Both the position numbers and the translations under genes were made by a program. DNA of 64,000 bases, taken from positions 32,001 to 96,000 of the forward strand of contig JAHHIK010000008.1 of the NCBI GenBank assembly GCA_019358935.1, read 5' to 3'. This stretch comes from Tolypothrix carrinoi HA7290-LM1 (GTDB taxonomy: Bacteria; Cyanobacteriota; Cyanobacteriia; Cyanobacteriales; Nostocaceae). This document shows, piece by piece, positions 42,412 to 52,635 of the stretch. Position 1 is the first letter of the stretch. Each line of letters starts with the position of its first letter. The notes under the pieces were generated by a model that saw nothing but the letters and a program-made list of their open reading frames with translations, was not told where the DNA came from and did not search any database.

Positions 42412-43827
42412 CTAAATACCCTTGCCAGAAGCTGATAAAACTAGAATTGCGGCTGCTTCGACATGAGCGGTTTGAGGAAAAAAGTCAGCGGGTTGGATTC
42501 GTGTAATGGTATACATTCCATCTGCACAAAGTAGTTTTAAATCACGAGCGAGGGTGGCTACTTTACAGCTGACGTAAACGATGCGGGGGGGTTGCTTACG
42601 CCTTAAAGATTCGATGACATCGCTCGCGCATCCTTTACGTGGCGGATCTAATAACACAATATCGGGCGAAATGTCAGGATGCGGTAACAATTTTTCAACT
42701 GCGCCGACAACAAAAGTTACATTATTAATATTGTTATTTCGCGCATTTAAAATAGCCTGTTCGACCGCTTCGGCTTGCACTTCCAACCCCGTAATACTAC
42801 GTACTTGTTTTGCCAAAGGCAAAGTTAACGTGCCTATACCACAATAAGCGTCAACTATAACTTCATTTCCTTGCAGATTCAGTTCTTTTTGAATTTCCTG
42901 TAAAAGCGCCTCGGCTGTTTCGGTGTAAACTTGAAAAAATGTATCTGGACGCACTTGAAATTCTAATCCACAGAATTCTTCTCGCAGATAAGAAATTCCG
43001 GCAACGCAACGAGTTTCGTTACCAAAAATCGCATTAGTGCGATCGCTATTTCGATTTAAGCAGACTCCGACTAATCCGGGAAAGTTTTTTAACCACGCTG
43101 CGGAAAGCTTTTCAATTCCTGGTAAATTCCAGTCCTTGACTATTATTGTCAGCAACATTTCCCCAGTGCGCCGTCCAATGCGTAAACTAAGATGGCGTAT
43201 TTGTCCAGTGTGACGACGTTCGTCGTAAACTTGCCATTGTGATGTGTGGATATCTTGTTTAACTTGTGCGAGTAATGGATTTAATCGTGCGTCTTGCACG
43301 GGGCATTGATTTAAGTTAACTAATTGATGGCTACCTTTTTGGTAGTAACCAGCTTGAACTTGTCCGGTTGCCGATTTACCCACAGGATATGTAGATTTAT
43401 TACGATAACCTAAAGCTGAAGGCGCTCTCAATACTGGGTCTACTGGTGGATGCACAAAACCGCCAATTCGTTCTAAAGCTTGAATAACTTGATTTTGTTT
43501 GGCTTGAAGTTGGTACTCATAGCTGATATGCTGCCACTGACAACCACCACATTTATCAGCCACAATGCAACTAGGGCGGATGCGGTGGGGCGATGGTTGC
43601 GATAAGGAATGCAGTTTAGCGTGGGCGTATTTGGGTTTAACGTGTAATAAGCGTACCACTGCGCGATCGCCCGGTACAGTATCCGGAACAAAGACTACGC
43701 GCGAGTAGAAACGTCCCACACCATCCCCCGTATCACTCAAGTCTGTAATTTCAACTTCAATTAACTCTCCCTGTAGCCATTTGGGTGAATCATCTTCATC
43801 AGTGTGAAGCAATTCTGTAATCGACAC
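42412..43827 (-). CDS. rlmD: 23S rRNA m5U1939 methyltransferase
   Basis: TRAM domain, CGGCQWQH, FFQV, DAYCGIG, DPPRKG, YVSC and DFFPQTAHVE. Confidence 0.93.
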   Translation of the reverse strand: MSITELLHTDEDDSPKWLQGELIEVEITDLSDTGDGVGRFYSRVVFVPDTVPGDRAVVRLLHVKPKYAHAKLHSLSQPSPHRIRPSCIVADKCGGCQWQHISYEYQLQAKQNQVIQALERIGGFVHPPVDPVLRAPSALGYRNKSTYPVGKSATGQVQAGYYQKGSHQLVNLNQCPVQDARLNPLLAQVKQDIHTSQWQVYDERRHTGQIRHLSLRIGRRTGEMLLTIIVKDWNLPGIEKLSAAWLKNFPGLVGVCLNRNSDRTNAIFGNETRCVAGISYLREEFCGLEFQVRPDTFFQVYTETAEALLQEIQKELNLQGNEVIVDAYCGIGTLTLPLAKQVRSITGLEVQAEAVEQAILNARNNNINNVTFVVGAVEKLLPHPDISPDIVLLDPPRKGCASDVIESLRRKQPPRIVYVSCKVATLARDLKLLCADGMYTITRIQPADFFPQTAHVEAAAILVLSASGKGI

Positions 43828-43902
43828 CTTCTTATCTCCCTTTATTTGTGTACCTAAGACTAGTTAAACTAGCAAGTAATATGTCGCGTGATTTTACTAA
43901 TC

Positions 43903-44388
43903 ATGACTGTAATTAGCCAAGTTATTCTCAAAGCCGACGACGAACTGCGTTATCCCAGCAGTGGTGAACTCAAAAACATCAAAGACTTCTTGCAAACCGG
44001 CGCACAGCGGATGCGAATTGTCACAACCTTAGCCGAAAACGAGAAAAAGATAGTTCAGGAAGCAACCAAACAGCTTTGGCAAAAGCGTCCTGACTTTATC
44101 GCACCTGGAGGCAACGCTTTCGGAGAGCGTCAACGTGCTTTATGTATCCGTGATTACGGCTGGTACTTACGCCTAATTACTTATGGAGTGCTTGCCGGCG
44201 ACAAAGAACCAATTGAAAAAATTGGTTTGATTGGCGTGCGGGAAATGTACAATTCTTTAGGCGTTCCCGTACCAGGAATGGTAGAAGCGATCGCTTGTTT
44301 GAAAAAAGCCTCCCTTGACTTACTCAATTCCGAAGACGCTGCCGAAGCTTCCCCCTACTTTGATTACGTCATTCAATCGATGTCATAA
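43903..44388 (+). CDS. apcD: Allophycocyanin-B alpha subunit
   Basis: [23 protein letters not shown] and [13 protein letters not shown] motifs. Confidence 0.96.
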   Translation: MTVISQVILKADDELRYPSSGELKNIKDFLQTGAQRMRIVTTLAENEKKIVQEATKQLWQKRPDFIAPGGNAFGERQRALCIRDYGWYLRLITYGVLAGDKEPIEKIGLIGVREMYNSLGVPVPGMVEAIACLKKASLDLLNSEDAAEASPYFDYVIQSMS

Positions 44389-44704
44389 TCATGCGTGGGC
44401 GCTAATTTGAGCGTACACTTTTGGTCTACTAGAGTATCCATAAAATCTCTAATTTGATCATACCCTCCCCACACTTGGTAGTGGCTCTGGCAGAATTCCT
44501 GTCAAGTTACCAACAGGTTGTGGGGAACTTTTATTTATGGGGCAATGGGCCCTATCGCAATTGTTTAATGGGCAATGGGTAATGGGCAATTGAAGAGGGG
44601 AAAAGCGGAAAGGGGAATGCCCCATGACGCCAGTTGCCTCAACGGAGGACGCCTCCGCACGGCACTGCCTCCCCCATGCCCAATGCCCAATGCCCCAGAA
44701 TGCC

Positions 44705-44925
44705 AATAAAAAACCGACAGACTTCTTCAAAAGGCTGTCGGCAATTAGTGTGTTCCCTATTAATGACTCGGCTAGAGTTCAGTTATATGTAATTATGCCG
44801 GTTTACCCGTTTTTAGAAGACGATCTTAATCATGGGCATCAGTGATTGTCATCACATGATTGTTGCAGCTTAACTGTATTTACCTAAAAAGAAATTTTTC
44901 ACTTCGGATTTCTCCTATGCACATT
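44705..44925 (-). ncRNA. Candidate small RNA / micro-ORF transcript
   Basis: Minus-strand terminator (ccgacagcc...gtctgtcgg-T6) at 44708-44741 with no long ORF upstream; 5' end is a guess. Confidence 0.35.
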
Positions 44926-45273
44926 TTGACAAAATAAACTGTATTTTTTGGTTACAACTTATTAAATTATCTAAATATCAAGGCATCTAATGGAAAATGC
45001 ATAAAATTATCTATGCGATCGCAAAAACACTTCTACTCAACGCTTCTTTGGGTTGCACTATACCCAATTAAGTTTTCACAAGCGACAAAATTACAGCTAC
45101 ACCCAATACTGTTGATGCCAGTTATAACTCAAAAATTAACAGAGGGCACACTAAAATGCCATAATTTCTGTTGAAGGCGAAAAAATCCCGATTACACTAA
45201 GACTTTACGACCAATACAGTCACTTATTCACTTTGCGGCACATAATATTTTTGAGTTTTTCAAATCAAAGAAA

Positions 45274-46104
45274 GTGAGAACTGACACGATATTTTATCAA
45301 CTTTTTCAGACTTTGCCTGGTATTCTCTTTGAACTCATCGGTCAATCTGCTAATCAAGCAGAAGCTTATCAGTTTGCATCTGTTGAAATCAAAGAATTAG
45401 CCTTTCGCTTCGATGGTTTGTTTTTACCTTTAGCGGATTTGCCCGAACAACCCATCTACTTTGTCGAAGTTCAGTTTCAACCCAAAACCGATTTTTACTG
45501 GCGATTGTTTGCCGAAATCTTCGTTTACTTAAATCAATACCAACCGATTCAAGATTGGCGTGCAGTAGCAGTGTTTGCCAAACGAAGTTTAGATCCAGGC
45601 GTACCGATGCAGTACAGAGGATTGCTGATGAGTCAGCAAGTCACATTTGTGTATTTAGATGAATTAGAGTCAACAGTAAATACGTCCCTTGGTTTAGGAA
45701 TAGTGCAGTTAGTAGTTGAGGAGGAAGCGACAGTTAATGAACAAGCTAGGCAATTACTTCAGAAAGCACAGCAGGAACTTGAAGATGTTGCCCTCAGGCA
45801 GAAAGTTTTAGAATTGATAGAGACGATATTGGTTTATAAGTTGACCAATTTAAGCCGCGAGGAGATAGAAGCTATGTTTGGGTTAAGTGAGTTAAAGCAG
45901 ACAAGGTATTTTCGAGAAGTCGCACAAGATGCCAAAAAAGAGGGCAAACTACAGGGCAAACTAGAAACAGTACCCCTATTATTGGAGTTGGGGTTGACTG
46001 TCGAACAGATAGCTGAAAGATTAAGCTTGGATGTTGAAGCGGTAAGAAAGGCTGCACAAACGTCTTCTGTTGATAATTCCCAAGGTGAAGATACAGGAAT
46101 TTAG
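45274..46104 (+). CDS. Rpn-family (DUF2887-like) PD-(D/E)XK nuclease
   Basis: MRTDTIFYQLF, FRFDGLF, YFVEVQFQ and REEIEAMF motifs. Confidence 0.88.
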   Translation: MRTDTIFYQLFQTLPGILFELIGQSANQAEAYQFASVEIKELAFRFDGLFLPLADLPEQPIYFVEVQFQPKTDFYWRLFAEIFVYLNQYQPIQDWRAVAVFAKRSLDPGVPMQYRGLLMSQQVTFVYLDELESTVNTSLGLGIVQLVVEEEATVNEQARQLLQKAQQELEDVALRQKVLELIETILVYKLTNLSREEIEAMFGLSELKQTRYFREVAQDAKKEGKLQGKLETVPLLLELGLTVEQIAERLSLDVEAVRKAAQTSSVDNSQGEDTGI

Positions 46105-46206
46105 TGATTTAATGAAGAGCGATCGCGCTTATAGTTTGCTGTGATGAAGTGCGATCGCTATTCTAAATTAGTCTAAGATAGTTGTCTAATTTTGCTTTTT
46201 CAAAAT

Positions 46207-47079
46207 TTAAATGCTAACAGCAAGTATTTGAGCTTTTTTTTGCTCGAACTCTTGATTGCTAATGATGCCAGAATTTCTTGCATTTTCGAGTTGTTTTAAT
46301 TTTTCTGCAAATGCAATTTCATTTTTAATTGCCGCAGACTTATTATCAAACTCTTCTTGACTGAGTATTCCGGCTGCTAGAGCAACTTTTAATTGCGATA
46401 GTTTACCGTCCATTTCCACATTTGATGACTGTGCCATCAATTCTGCTTTCTTTATCTCATATTCCTCTTGGGTTAAAATTCCCGCATTTAAAGCATTTTT
46501 TAGCTTTGTCAGCTTATCGTTAAGCTCTTGATTTTTTTTGCGATCGACAGCCTGATTTTCAATTTCTCTTCTCTTTGCATGATATGCTACTTCATCAATT
46601 AATCCTTGGTCAAATACTTCTTTTAGTTGTTTCAGCTTTTCTTCTACAGATTGTTCAGCCTTCAAAACAGTAATTTCTCGTTCTGATTTTGCCTTTTCAC
46701 CAAAGATGGTCTTATTTTCAATAAAATTCCATATATCAGCTTCAATTTTTTTTGACCATCCAGCTGCCAATCCACTTCCAATAAGGCTGACACCTCCTGT
46801 GAGAACTGCGGCAACACCACCAGCAGCTAAATTTGTTGCCCATTCTCCCGTTCCGACTTCAACACAAAAGTCATTTGGTTGTCCCTCAATTAAAATATTA
46901 AAAGCTCTAGATGCTCCAACTGCTTTTCGCCATGCTTCCACTTTCTGAGCTTGTACAATCCACGCTTTTTCGGCTTTGTTGGATTGCACTTGATATCCCT
47001 GTTCGGAGAACCATGATTGAATATCTTTAGTTAAAGTATCCAAATCACAATTTTTGTTTTGATAAGGTTTCTTAGTCAT
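46207..47079 (-). CDS. Protein with Gly-rich hydrophobic hairpin and four SHOCT repeats
   Basis: Four LKxxxxxGILxxEEFxxKK units. Confidence 0.8.
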   Translation of the reverse strand: MTKKPYQNKNCDLDTLTKDIQSWFSEQGYQVQSNKAEKAWIVQAQKVEAWRKAVGASRAFNILIEGQPNDFCVEVGTGEWATNLAAGGVAAVLTGGVSLIGSGLAAGWSKKIEADIWNFIENKTIFGEKAKSEREITVLKAEQSVEEKLKQLKEVFDQGLIDEVAYHAKRREIENQAVDRKKNQELNDKLTKLKNALNAGILTQEEYEIKKAELMAQSSNVEMDGKLSQLKVALAAGILSQEEFDNKSAAIKNEIAFAEKLKQLENARNSGIISNQEFEQKKAQILAVSI

Positions 47080-47202
47080 GAGTTTTACCCGCTCAATAAT
47101 AATGTCTTGTCTACATGATTTTCTTAAGTTTATATGATTATTGTGTAGAGTGTTTTTACTGAAAATTATACGATTTAAATGATATTTACATGATTTTTTG
47201 AT

Positions 47203-47559
47203 ATGGCGTTCTCCTTGGGCAAATGCCTTAAGGCTACTCGCGAATCTCTAGGTATGACTCAGGAGCAAGTCATTGAGCAGCTAGAGCTTCGTTACGGGAT
47301 AACACTTAGTCAACAAGCTATATCGACTATTGAAAACGGAAAACGAAAGGTAGAAGCAGAAAAAGAATTACCTGCGCTAGCGGGAATTTACGGAAAATCA
47401 ATAGATTACTTTTACGAAACCCTAGAATTACCCACTGCACCCGCACCTGCCCCAAGCGGCGTTAAGTCTATAATTACCGTTGACTTAGAAGCGCTTACCC
47501 AGCGCGATAAGCTAGAGTTAGCAGCAAAACTGATTCATAACGTCTTGCAACAAACCTAG
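47203..47559 (+). CDS. XRE-family HTH regulator
   Basis: LKATRESLGMTQEQV...SQQAISTIENGKR. Confidence 0.88.
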   Translation: MAFSLGKCLKATRESLGMTQEQVIEQLELRYGITLSQQAISTIENGKRKVEAEKELPALAGIYGKSIDYFYETLELPTAPAPAPSGVKSIITVDLEALTQRDKLELAAKLIHNVLQQT

Positions 47560-47571
47560 CTTGGGGTAACG

Positions 47572-47886
47572 ATGGCAACAGAACAAAAACACAGCACTTA
47601 TTTATCAGAAGCCGAAAGTCGTTTGCGTCAACTTTCTCTTGAGAAGTTGCGAGTAGCAGTTGCAATTATTGCTTATCTGCAAAAAACAGAAGAAAGCGAA
47701 GCAACTGAGAAACTATTATTAAATATTCCTGATTTTGCCGAATCTTTCCGCGAAATTGAACAAAGCGAAGACAAATTAGAAAATACTGCCTCAAATCAGA
47801 TTGCCTCAGATGAGGAAGTATGGCAGGCTTATTTAGCAGTTGAAAAAAAATGGGAAGAGGTATTCCGTCGCCTTGCAGACTCCTAA
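47572..47886 (+). CDS. Putative antitoxin upstream of doc
   Basis: 104 aa, acidic; ends WEEVFRRLADS and overlaps the toxin start. Confidence 0.65.
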   Translation: MATEQKHSTYLSEAESRLRQLSLEKLRVAVAIIAYLQKTEESEATEKLLLNIPDFAESFREIEQSEDKLENTASNQIASDEEVWQAYLAVEKKWEEVFRRLADS

Positions 47887-48274
47887 ATTTCTCACTATTT
47901 CTCAAGTCTTAGATATTCACCAACGCCAAATTCAAAGATTTGGTGGAACAAATGGCGTCAGAGACGAAGGTTTGCTAGATTCAGCACTGGCACAACCTCA
48001 AGCTACCTTTGGCGGTGAACTTCTTCATCCTACAATTGGTGAGCAAGCAGCAGCATACCTCTACCATTTAGCAATGAACCATCCGTTTATTGATGGCAAC
48101 AAGCGCACCGCTTTCGCTGTTATGCTTACTTTTGTGGACTTGAACGCCTACACTCTCAACCTATCTCAAGAGCAAGCTTACAACTTGGTGATTCAAGTAG
48201 TTCAGAGGGAAATGTCCTTCATAAGAATTATCTGCATTTCTGAAACTGCATTTACAGCGCCTGTAAATCGATAG
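47873..48274 (+). CDS. doc: Doc/Fic toxin (probable frameshift near the C-terminus)
   Basis: HPFIDGNKRTA motif; TTG start at 47873. Confidence 0.85.
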   Translation: MQTPKFLTISQVLDIHQRQIQRFGGTNGVRDEGLLDSALAQPQATFGGELLHPTIGEQAAAYLYHLAMNHPFIDGNKRTAFAVMLTFVDLNAYTLNLSQEQAYNLVIQVVQREMSFIRIICISETAFTAPVNR

Positions 48275-48309
48275 AATAATTCTCTGTCCCCCAGAGTGCA
48301 TTACTTCCC

Positions 48310-51300
48310 ATGACTGCAAGCTCAAAACCAGCCTTTTCCGCTGAAGAAATTGCCGCCGAAGGTTTAAAGCCAGAAGAATATGAAGAAATTGTCCGCAGGT
48401 TAGGGCGTCATCCCAACAAAGCCGAACTGGGAATGTTTGGGGTGATGTGGTCAGAGCATTGTTGTTACAAAAATTCACGACCGCTATTAAAACAGTTTCC
48501 CACGACAGGCGATCGCATTCTTGTTGGTCCCGGTGAAAATGCTGGTGTTGTCGATTTAGGCGACGGGCTGCAACTTGCCTTTAAAATTGAATCTCATAAC
48601 CACCCTTCAGCCGTCGAACCGTTTCAAGGAGCCGCCACAGGCGTAGGAGGTATCCTCAGAGATATATTTACAATGGGTGCGCGTCCCATTGCTCTTTTAA
48701 ACTCCTTGCGCTTCGGTTCCCTAGAAGATGCCAAAACTCAACGGCTTTTCAGCGGCGTGGTAGCAGGTATAAGTCACTACGGTAATTGCTTAGTAGGCAA
48801 AGAAACATTTATTTGGCGCGATGTTACAGGCGTACATTTTGACACTATCGGCAACTTTGTAGAATCGCGGTTGCACTCAAATTACACAACTTTAGAATTA
48901 GATGACGCTATTGCTGTTGAGACTCTTTCTATAGACCCTGACACTCACGAAAGTTGTTGGCAGCGTGTGCGGCGTGTGTTTAAACGATGTACTAACACAT
49001 TGATAACTATTCGTACATCCCTTGGTCGTACCCTCACGGTAACACCCGATCATCCGATGTTAATTCGCTCAAGTAGTGATTGGGATATTTGTGTTGCCCA
49101 AAACTTAAAAGTTGGTCACGAATTGCCGATACTAATTTCCTTACCGCGATCGCAACAACAAAGTACACCAGCCATCGATTTACTTAGTGCTTTGGATGTG
49201 CAGCAACATCAAAATGTTTATGTACAACTGCCTGCAAATTGGCAAGCTACAGATACTGTCCGTACAGCTTTGCGCTTGCTAGAATTTTCTGCCAGCGATC
49301 GTCACAAATATCTCACAACTGGTAGACTACCTCTAGAGCATTTTCTCAGTTTAGAAAAACTACTGAATGTGTCGCGTAGCGAAGTTTGCCTCTTCCGTCG
49401 GGGAAAAGCAAATTACATGAAGGCAGTTATTCAACCAAATGAGCAGTTTGCACGCTTGCTTGGCTATTACCTTTCAGAGGGATGTGTTTCTCAAAACGCG
49501 AAGACCTATAAAATTATCTTCACCTTTGCCCTGCATGAAACCGAATATGTCAATGATGTTGTGCATGGGCTAAAAAATTTGGGACTGCGCCCTTGTGTTG
49601 AAAAACGAACTTCTACAATTGCTGTTTATGCCACTTCATGGTTGTTTGGACATATTTTGAAAAATGTTTGGCACTGCGGCACTAAAGCAAGTGATAAAGC
49701 TTTTCCCAGCTTTGTTTTCCAATGGTCGCCTAACTTACAGCATGAAGTTCTTAAAGGTTTGTTTAGAGGAGATGGTTCCCTAACCACAAAAACTCATGGA
49801 AATCATGCCAAAATCAGCTTTGCAACTACCAGTCGCAAATTGTTTGACCAAACAGTCGCACTCGTTCAAAATCAGGGAGCAATTCCCTATATTTATCAGC
49901 GTCCAGCATCATCAGGACAAATTGAAGGGCGCAAGCATATACGCTTACCACTGTGGCAGTTAGAAATTAACAACTTCGCTGGACTGAAAACCCTAGAAAA
50001 TGTCTTTTCCCAAGAACGCACTGCACAATTAGCCACAGCGCTGGCACGCTATAACAAGGAAAAATATTCATTTCCGCGTTTCCGTAAATTCTCAGATGAG
50101 GTGGCAGTTGTCAAGATTAAAAGCATAGAAATTAATACAGTTGATGAATGTGATGTCTATGATGTTGAAGTAGACAATACTCATCTTTTCGTCACTACTT
50201 CTGGCATTGTCACACATAACTGCGTTGGAGTGCCCACTGTCGGTGGCGAAGTTTATTTTGATGCCGCTTACTCCGGGAATCCCCTAGTAAACGTTATGGC
50301 GCTAGGATTGATGGAAACTCCAGAAATTGTCAAATCTGGCGCATCTGGTTTAGGCAACCCAGTATTGTATGTTGGTTCTACCACCGGACGCGATGGTATG
50401 GGAGGGGCAAGTTTTGCCAGCGCAGAACTCAGCGATGAATCACTAGATAACCGTCCTGCGGTGCAAGTTGGCGATCCCTTTTTAGAAAAGTCGTTAATTG
50501 AAGCTTGCTTGGAAGCGTTTAAAACAGGTGCAGTCGTTGCCGCACAGGATATGGGTGCAGCTGGCATCACTTGTTCTACATCAGAAATGGCTGCAAAAGG
50601 CGGTGTCGGCATTGAACTGGATTTAGATAAAATACCCGTGCGAGAATCGGGTATGGTTCCCTATGAATATCTGCTTTCGGAATCTCAAGAAAGAATGCTG
50701 TTTGTGGCACACAAAGGACGCGAACAAGAATTAATCGATATTTTCCATCGGTGGGGACTGCAAGCGGTTGTTGCGGGAAAAGTTATAGCCGAACCCATTG
50801 TTAGAATATTATTCCAAGGTGGAATTGCCGCAGAAATTCCCGCTGAAGCTTTGGCAGAAAATACCCCATTGTATGAACGAGAATTATTGACAGAAGCACC
50901 AGAGTATGCTGTTAAAGCTTGGGAATGGACGCCTAATTCTCTCCCTGCTTGCACAACTGCTGGCATTGAAATTCAAGGAAGCTTGCAAAGTTGGAATGAT
51001 ATTCTTTTGACTTTACTCGATACACCGACGATCGCATCAAAACGCTGGGTTTATCGCCAATACGATCATCAAGTCCAAAATAACACCGTCATCTTACCAG
51101 GTGGCGCTGATGCCGCTGTCGTCCGGTTGCGTCCCCTTGAGGAGGACAAGGGGAGTGGGGGAGTGGGGGAGGGGGACGAGGGGACAAGGGGACAAGGAGG
51201 ACAAGGGGGACAAGGGGGACAAGGGGGACAAGGGGGACTCCTTGGAGACAATTCTTTCTCCCCCACTCCCACACTCCCCCACTCCCCCACTCCCCAACGC

Positions 51301-52305
51301 CAGTCGCTACAAACTCCTCCACCCCCGCAACGCGCTGGCTCCTCCCCACTCCCCACTCCCCAAAGTGCCGTTGCTGCGACGGTAGATTGCAATCCTCGTT
51401 ACGTTTATCTTGACCCTTACGAGGGTGCTAAGGCAGTTGTTGCTGAAGCTGCACGCAATCTTAGTTGTGTGGGTGCTGAACCTTTGGCTGTGACTGATAA
51501 CTTAAATTTCGGCAGTCCGGAAAAACCGATTGGTTATTGGCAATTATCAGAAGCTTGTCGCGGTTTGGCTGAGGGTTGCCGAGAATTAGCAACGCCGGTT
51601 ACTGGCGGTAATGTCTCACTTTACAATGAAACTTTCGACTCAGAAGGCAACCCGCAACCAATTTATCCTACCCCGGTTGTGGGGATGGTCGGGTTGATTC
51701 CGGATTTAAGCAAAATTTGCGGTCAAGCTTGGCAAGCTGAAGGCGATATTATTTATCTTTTAGGATTGCCTTTAGAATCTAAAGTTGAATTGGGAGCATC
51801 GGAATATTTAGCCACTATCCATAATACTGTAGCTGGACACCCCCCACGGGTAGATTTTGAATTGGAAAGGTGTGTACAACGAATTTGCCGTGAAGGAATT
51901 CGCAATGGTTGGATTCGTTCAGCTCATGATTGTGCTGAAGGTGGTTTAGCTGTCGCTTTGGCAGAATGTTGCATTGCTGGCAAACTTGGTGCCGAAATTA
52001 ATTTAGGATTAGCATCAAGCAATTCACAACTTCGATGGGATGAGGTGCTGTTTTCTGAAGGTGGAGCGCGAATTATCGTTTCTGTAGCGTTAGAACAGCA
52101 AGAAGTTTGGGAATCTTTATTAAATGAACAATTGGCTAATTATTGGCAAAAGCTGGGCAAGGTTAGTAATTCCAACACTGATTTGGGGGTGTTAACCTCT
52201 GATAACCAAAGTTTAATCAAGGTTAGGATCGAAGATATGAGCGATCGCTATTCCCATGCGATTGAAAGACGTTTAAAAGGTGCCGAGTTAAAAGTTATGA
52301 GTTAG
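48310..52305 (+). CDS. purL: FGAM synthase subunit PurL containing an intein and an in-frame repeat insertion
   Basis: [32 protein letters not shown] and [11 protein letters not shown] motifs. Confidence 0.97.
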   Translation: MTASSKPAFSAEEIAAEGLKPEEYEEIVRRLGRHPNKAELGMFGVMWSEHCCYKNSRPLLKQFPTTGDRILVGPGENAGVVDLGDGLQLAFKIESHNHPSAVEPFQGAATGVGGILRDIFTMGARPIALLNSLRFGSLEDAKTQRLFSGVVAGISHYGNCLVGKETFIWRDVTGVHFDTIGNFVESRLHSNYTTLELDDAIAVETLSIDPDTHESCWQRVRRVFKRCTNTLITIRTSLGRTLTVTPDHPMLIRSSSDWDICVAQNLKVGHELPILISLPRSQQQSTPAIDLLSALDVQQHQNVYVQLPANWQATDTVRTALRLLEFSASDRHKYLTTGRLPLEHFLSLEKLLNVSRSEVCLFRRGKANYMKAVIQPNEQFARLLGYYLSEGCVSQNAKTYKIIFTFALHETEYVNDVVHGLKNLGLRPCVEKRTSTIAVYATSWLFGHILKNVWHCGTKASDKAFPSFVFQWSPNLQHEVLKGLFRGDGSLTTKTHGNHAKISFATTSRKLFDQTVALVQNQGAIPYIYQRPASSGQIEGRKHIRLPLWQLEINNFAGLKTLENVFSQERTAQLATALARYNKEKYSFPRFRKFSDEVAVVKIKSIEINTVDECDVYDVEVDNTHLFVTTSGIVTHNCVGVPTVGGEVYFDAAYSGNPLVNVMALGLMETPEIVKSGASGLGNPVLYVGSTTGRDGMGGASFASAELSDESLDNRPAVQVGDPFLEKSLIEACLEAFKTGAVVAAQDMGAAGITCSTSEMAAKGGVGIELDLDKIPVRESGMVPYEYLLSESQERMLFVAHKGREQELIDIFHRWGLQAVVAGKVIAEPIVRILFQGGIAAEIPAEALAENTPLYERELLTEAPEYAVKAWEWTPNSLPACTTAGIEIQGSLQSWNDILLTLLDTPTIASKRWVYRQYDHQVQNNTVILPGGADAAVVRLRPLEEDKGSGGVGEGDEGTRGQGGQGGQGGQGGQGGLLGDNSFSPTPTLPHSPTPQRQSLQTPPPPQRAGSSPLPTPQSAVAATVDCNPRYVYLDPYEGAKAVVAEAARNLSCVGAEPLAVTDNLNFGSPEKPIGYWQLSEACRGLAEGCRELATPVTGGNVSLYNETFDSEGNPQPIYPTPVVGMVGLIPDLSKICGQAWQAEGDIIYLLGLPLESKVELGASEYLATIHNTVAGHPPRVDFELERCVQRICREGIRNGWIRSAHDCAEGGLAVALAECCIAGKLGAEINLGLASSNSQLRWDEVLFSEGGARIIVSVALEQQEVWESLLNEQLANYWQKLGKVSNSNTDLGVLTSDNQSLIKVRIEDMSDRYSHAIERRLKGAELKVMS
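48787..50220 (+). mobile_element. Intein with LAGLIDADG homing endonuclease (478 aa)
   Basis: C1 (CLVG), block [15 protein letters not shown] and [15 protein letters not shown]...HLFV, terminal HN followed by C; splits PurL YGN|CVGVP. Confidence 0.95.
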
Positions 52306-52635
52306 GAGTTATGAGTTATGAGTTATGAGTTGAAGAAGGTTCTGAACCTCCTCATTCTTAACGAAAGCTCCTCCTGACTCCAGAAGAACTGACTCTTGAC
52401 TCCCAACTCCGCTCCTCCCAACTTTCAACTTTGCTCCTCCGCTCCTCCGCTCCTCCGCTCCTCCGCTCCTCCTGACTATTCACCATAAATCCTTGCTAAC
52501 CCCAGGCATGATTAAGGTACTGTTATATGTATATAGATTGTTAACGATTTGTTAAGGTCAGTTAATATTTCTGAAAACAATCACTTATATATCCATCCCA
52601 CTGACTCAAAACCTCATCTGGAGCAAAGCTGTAGC

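Noticed and set aside
44941..44955. Possible NtcA site
   Set aside because: Spacing is GTA-N9-TAC, not the canonical N8.
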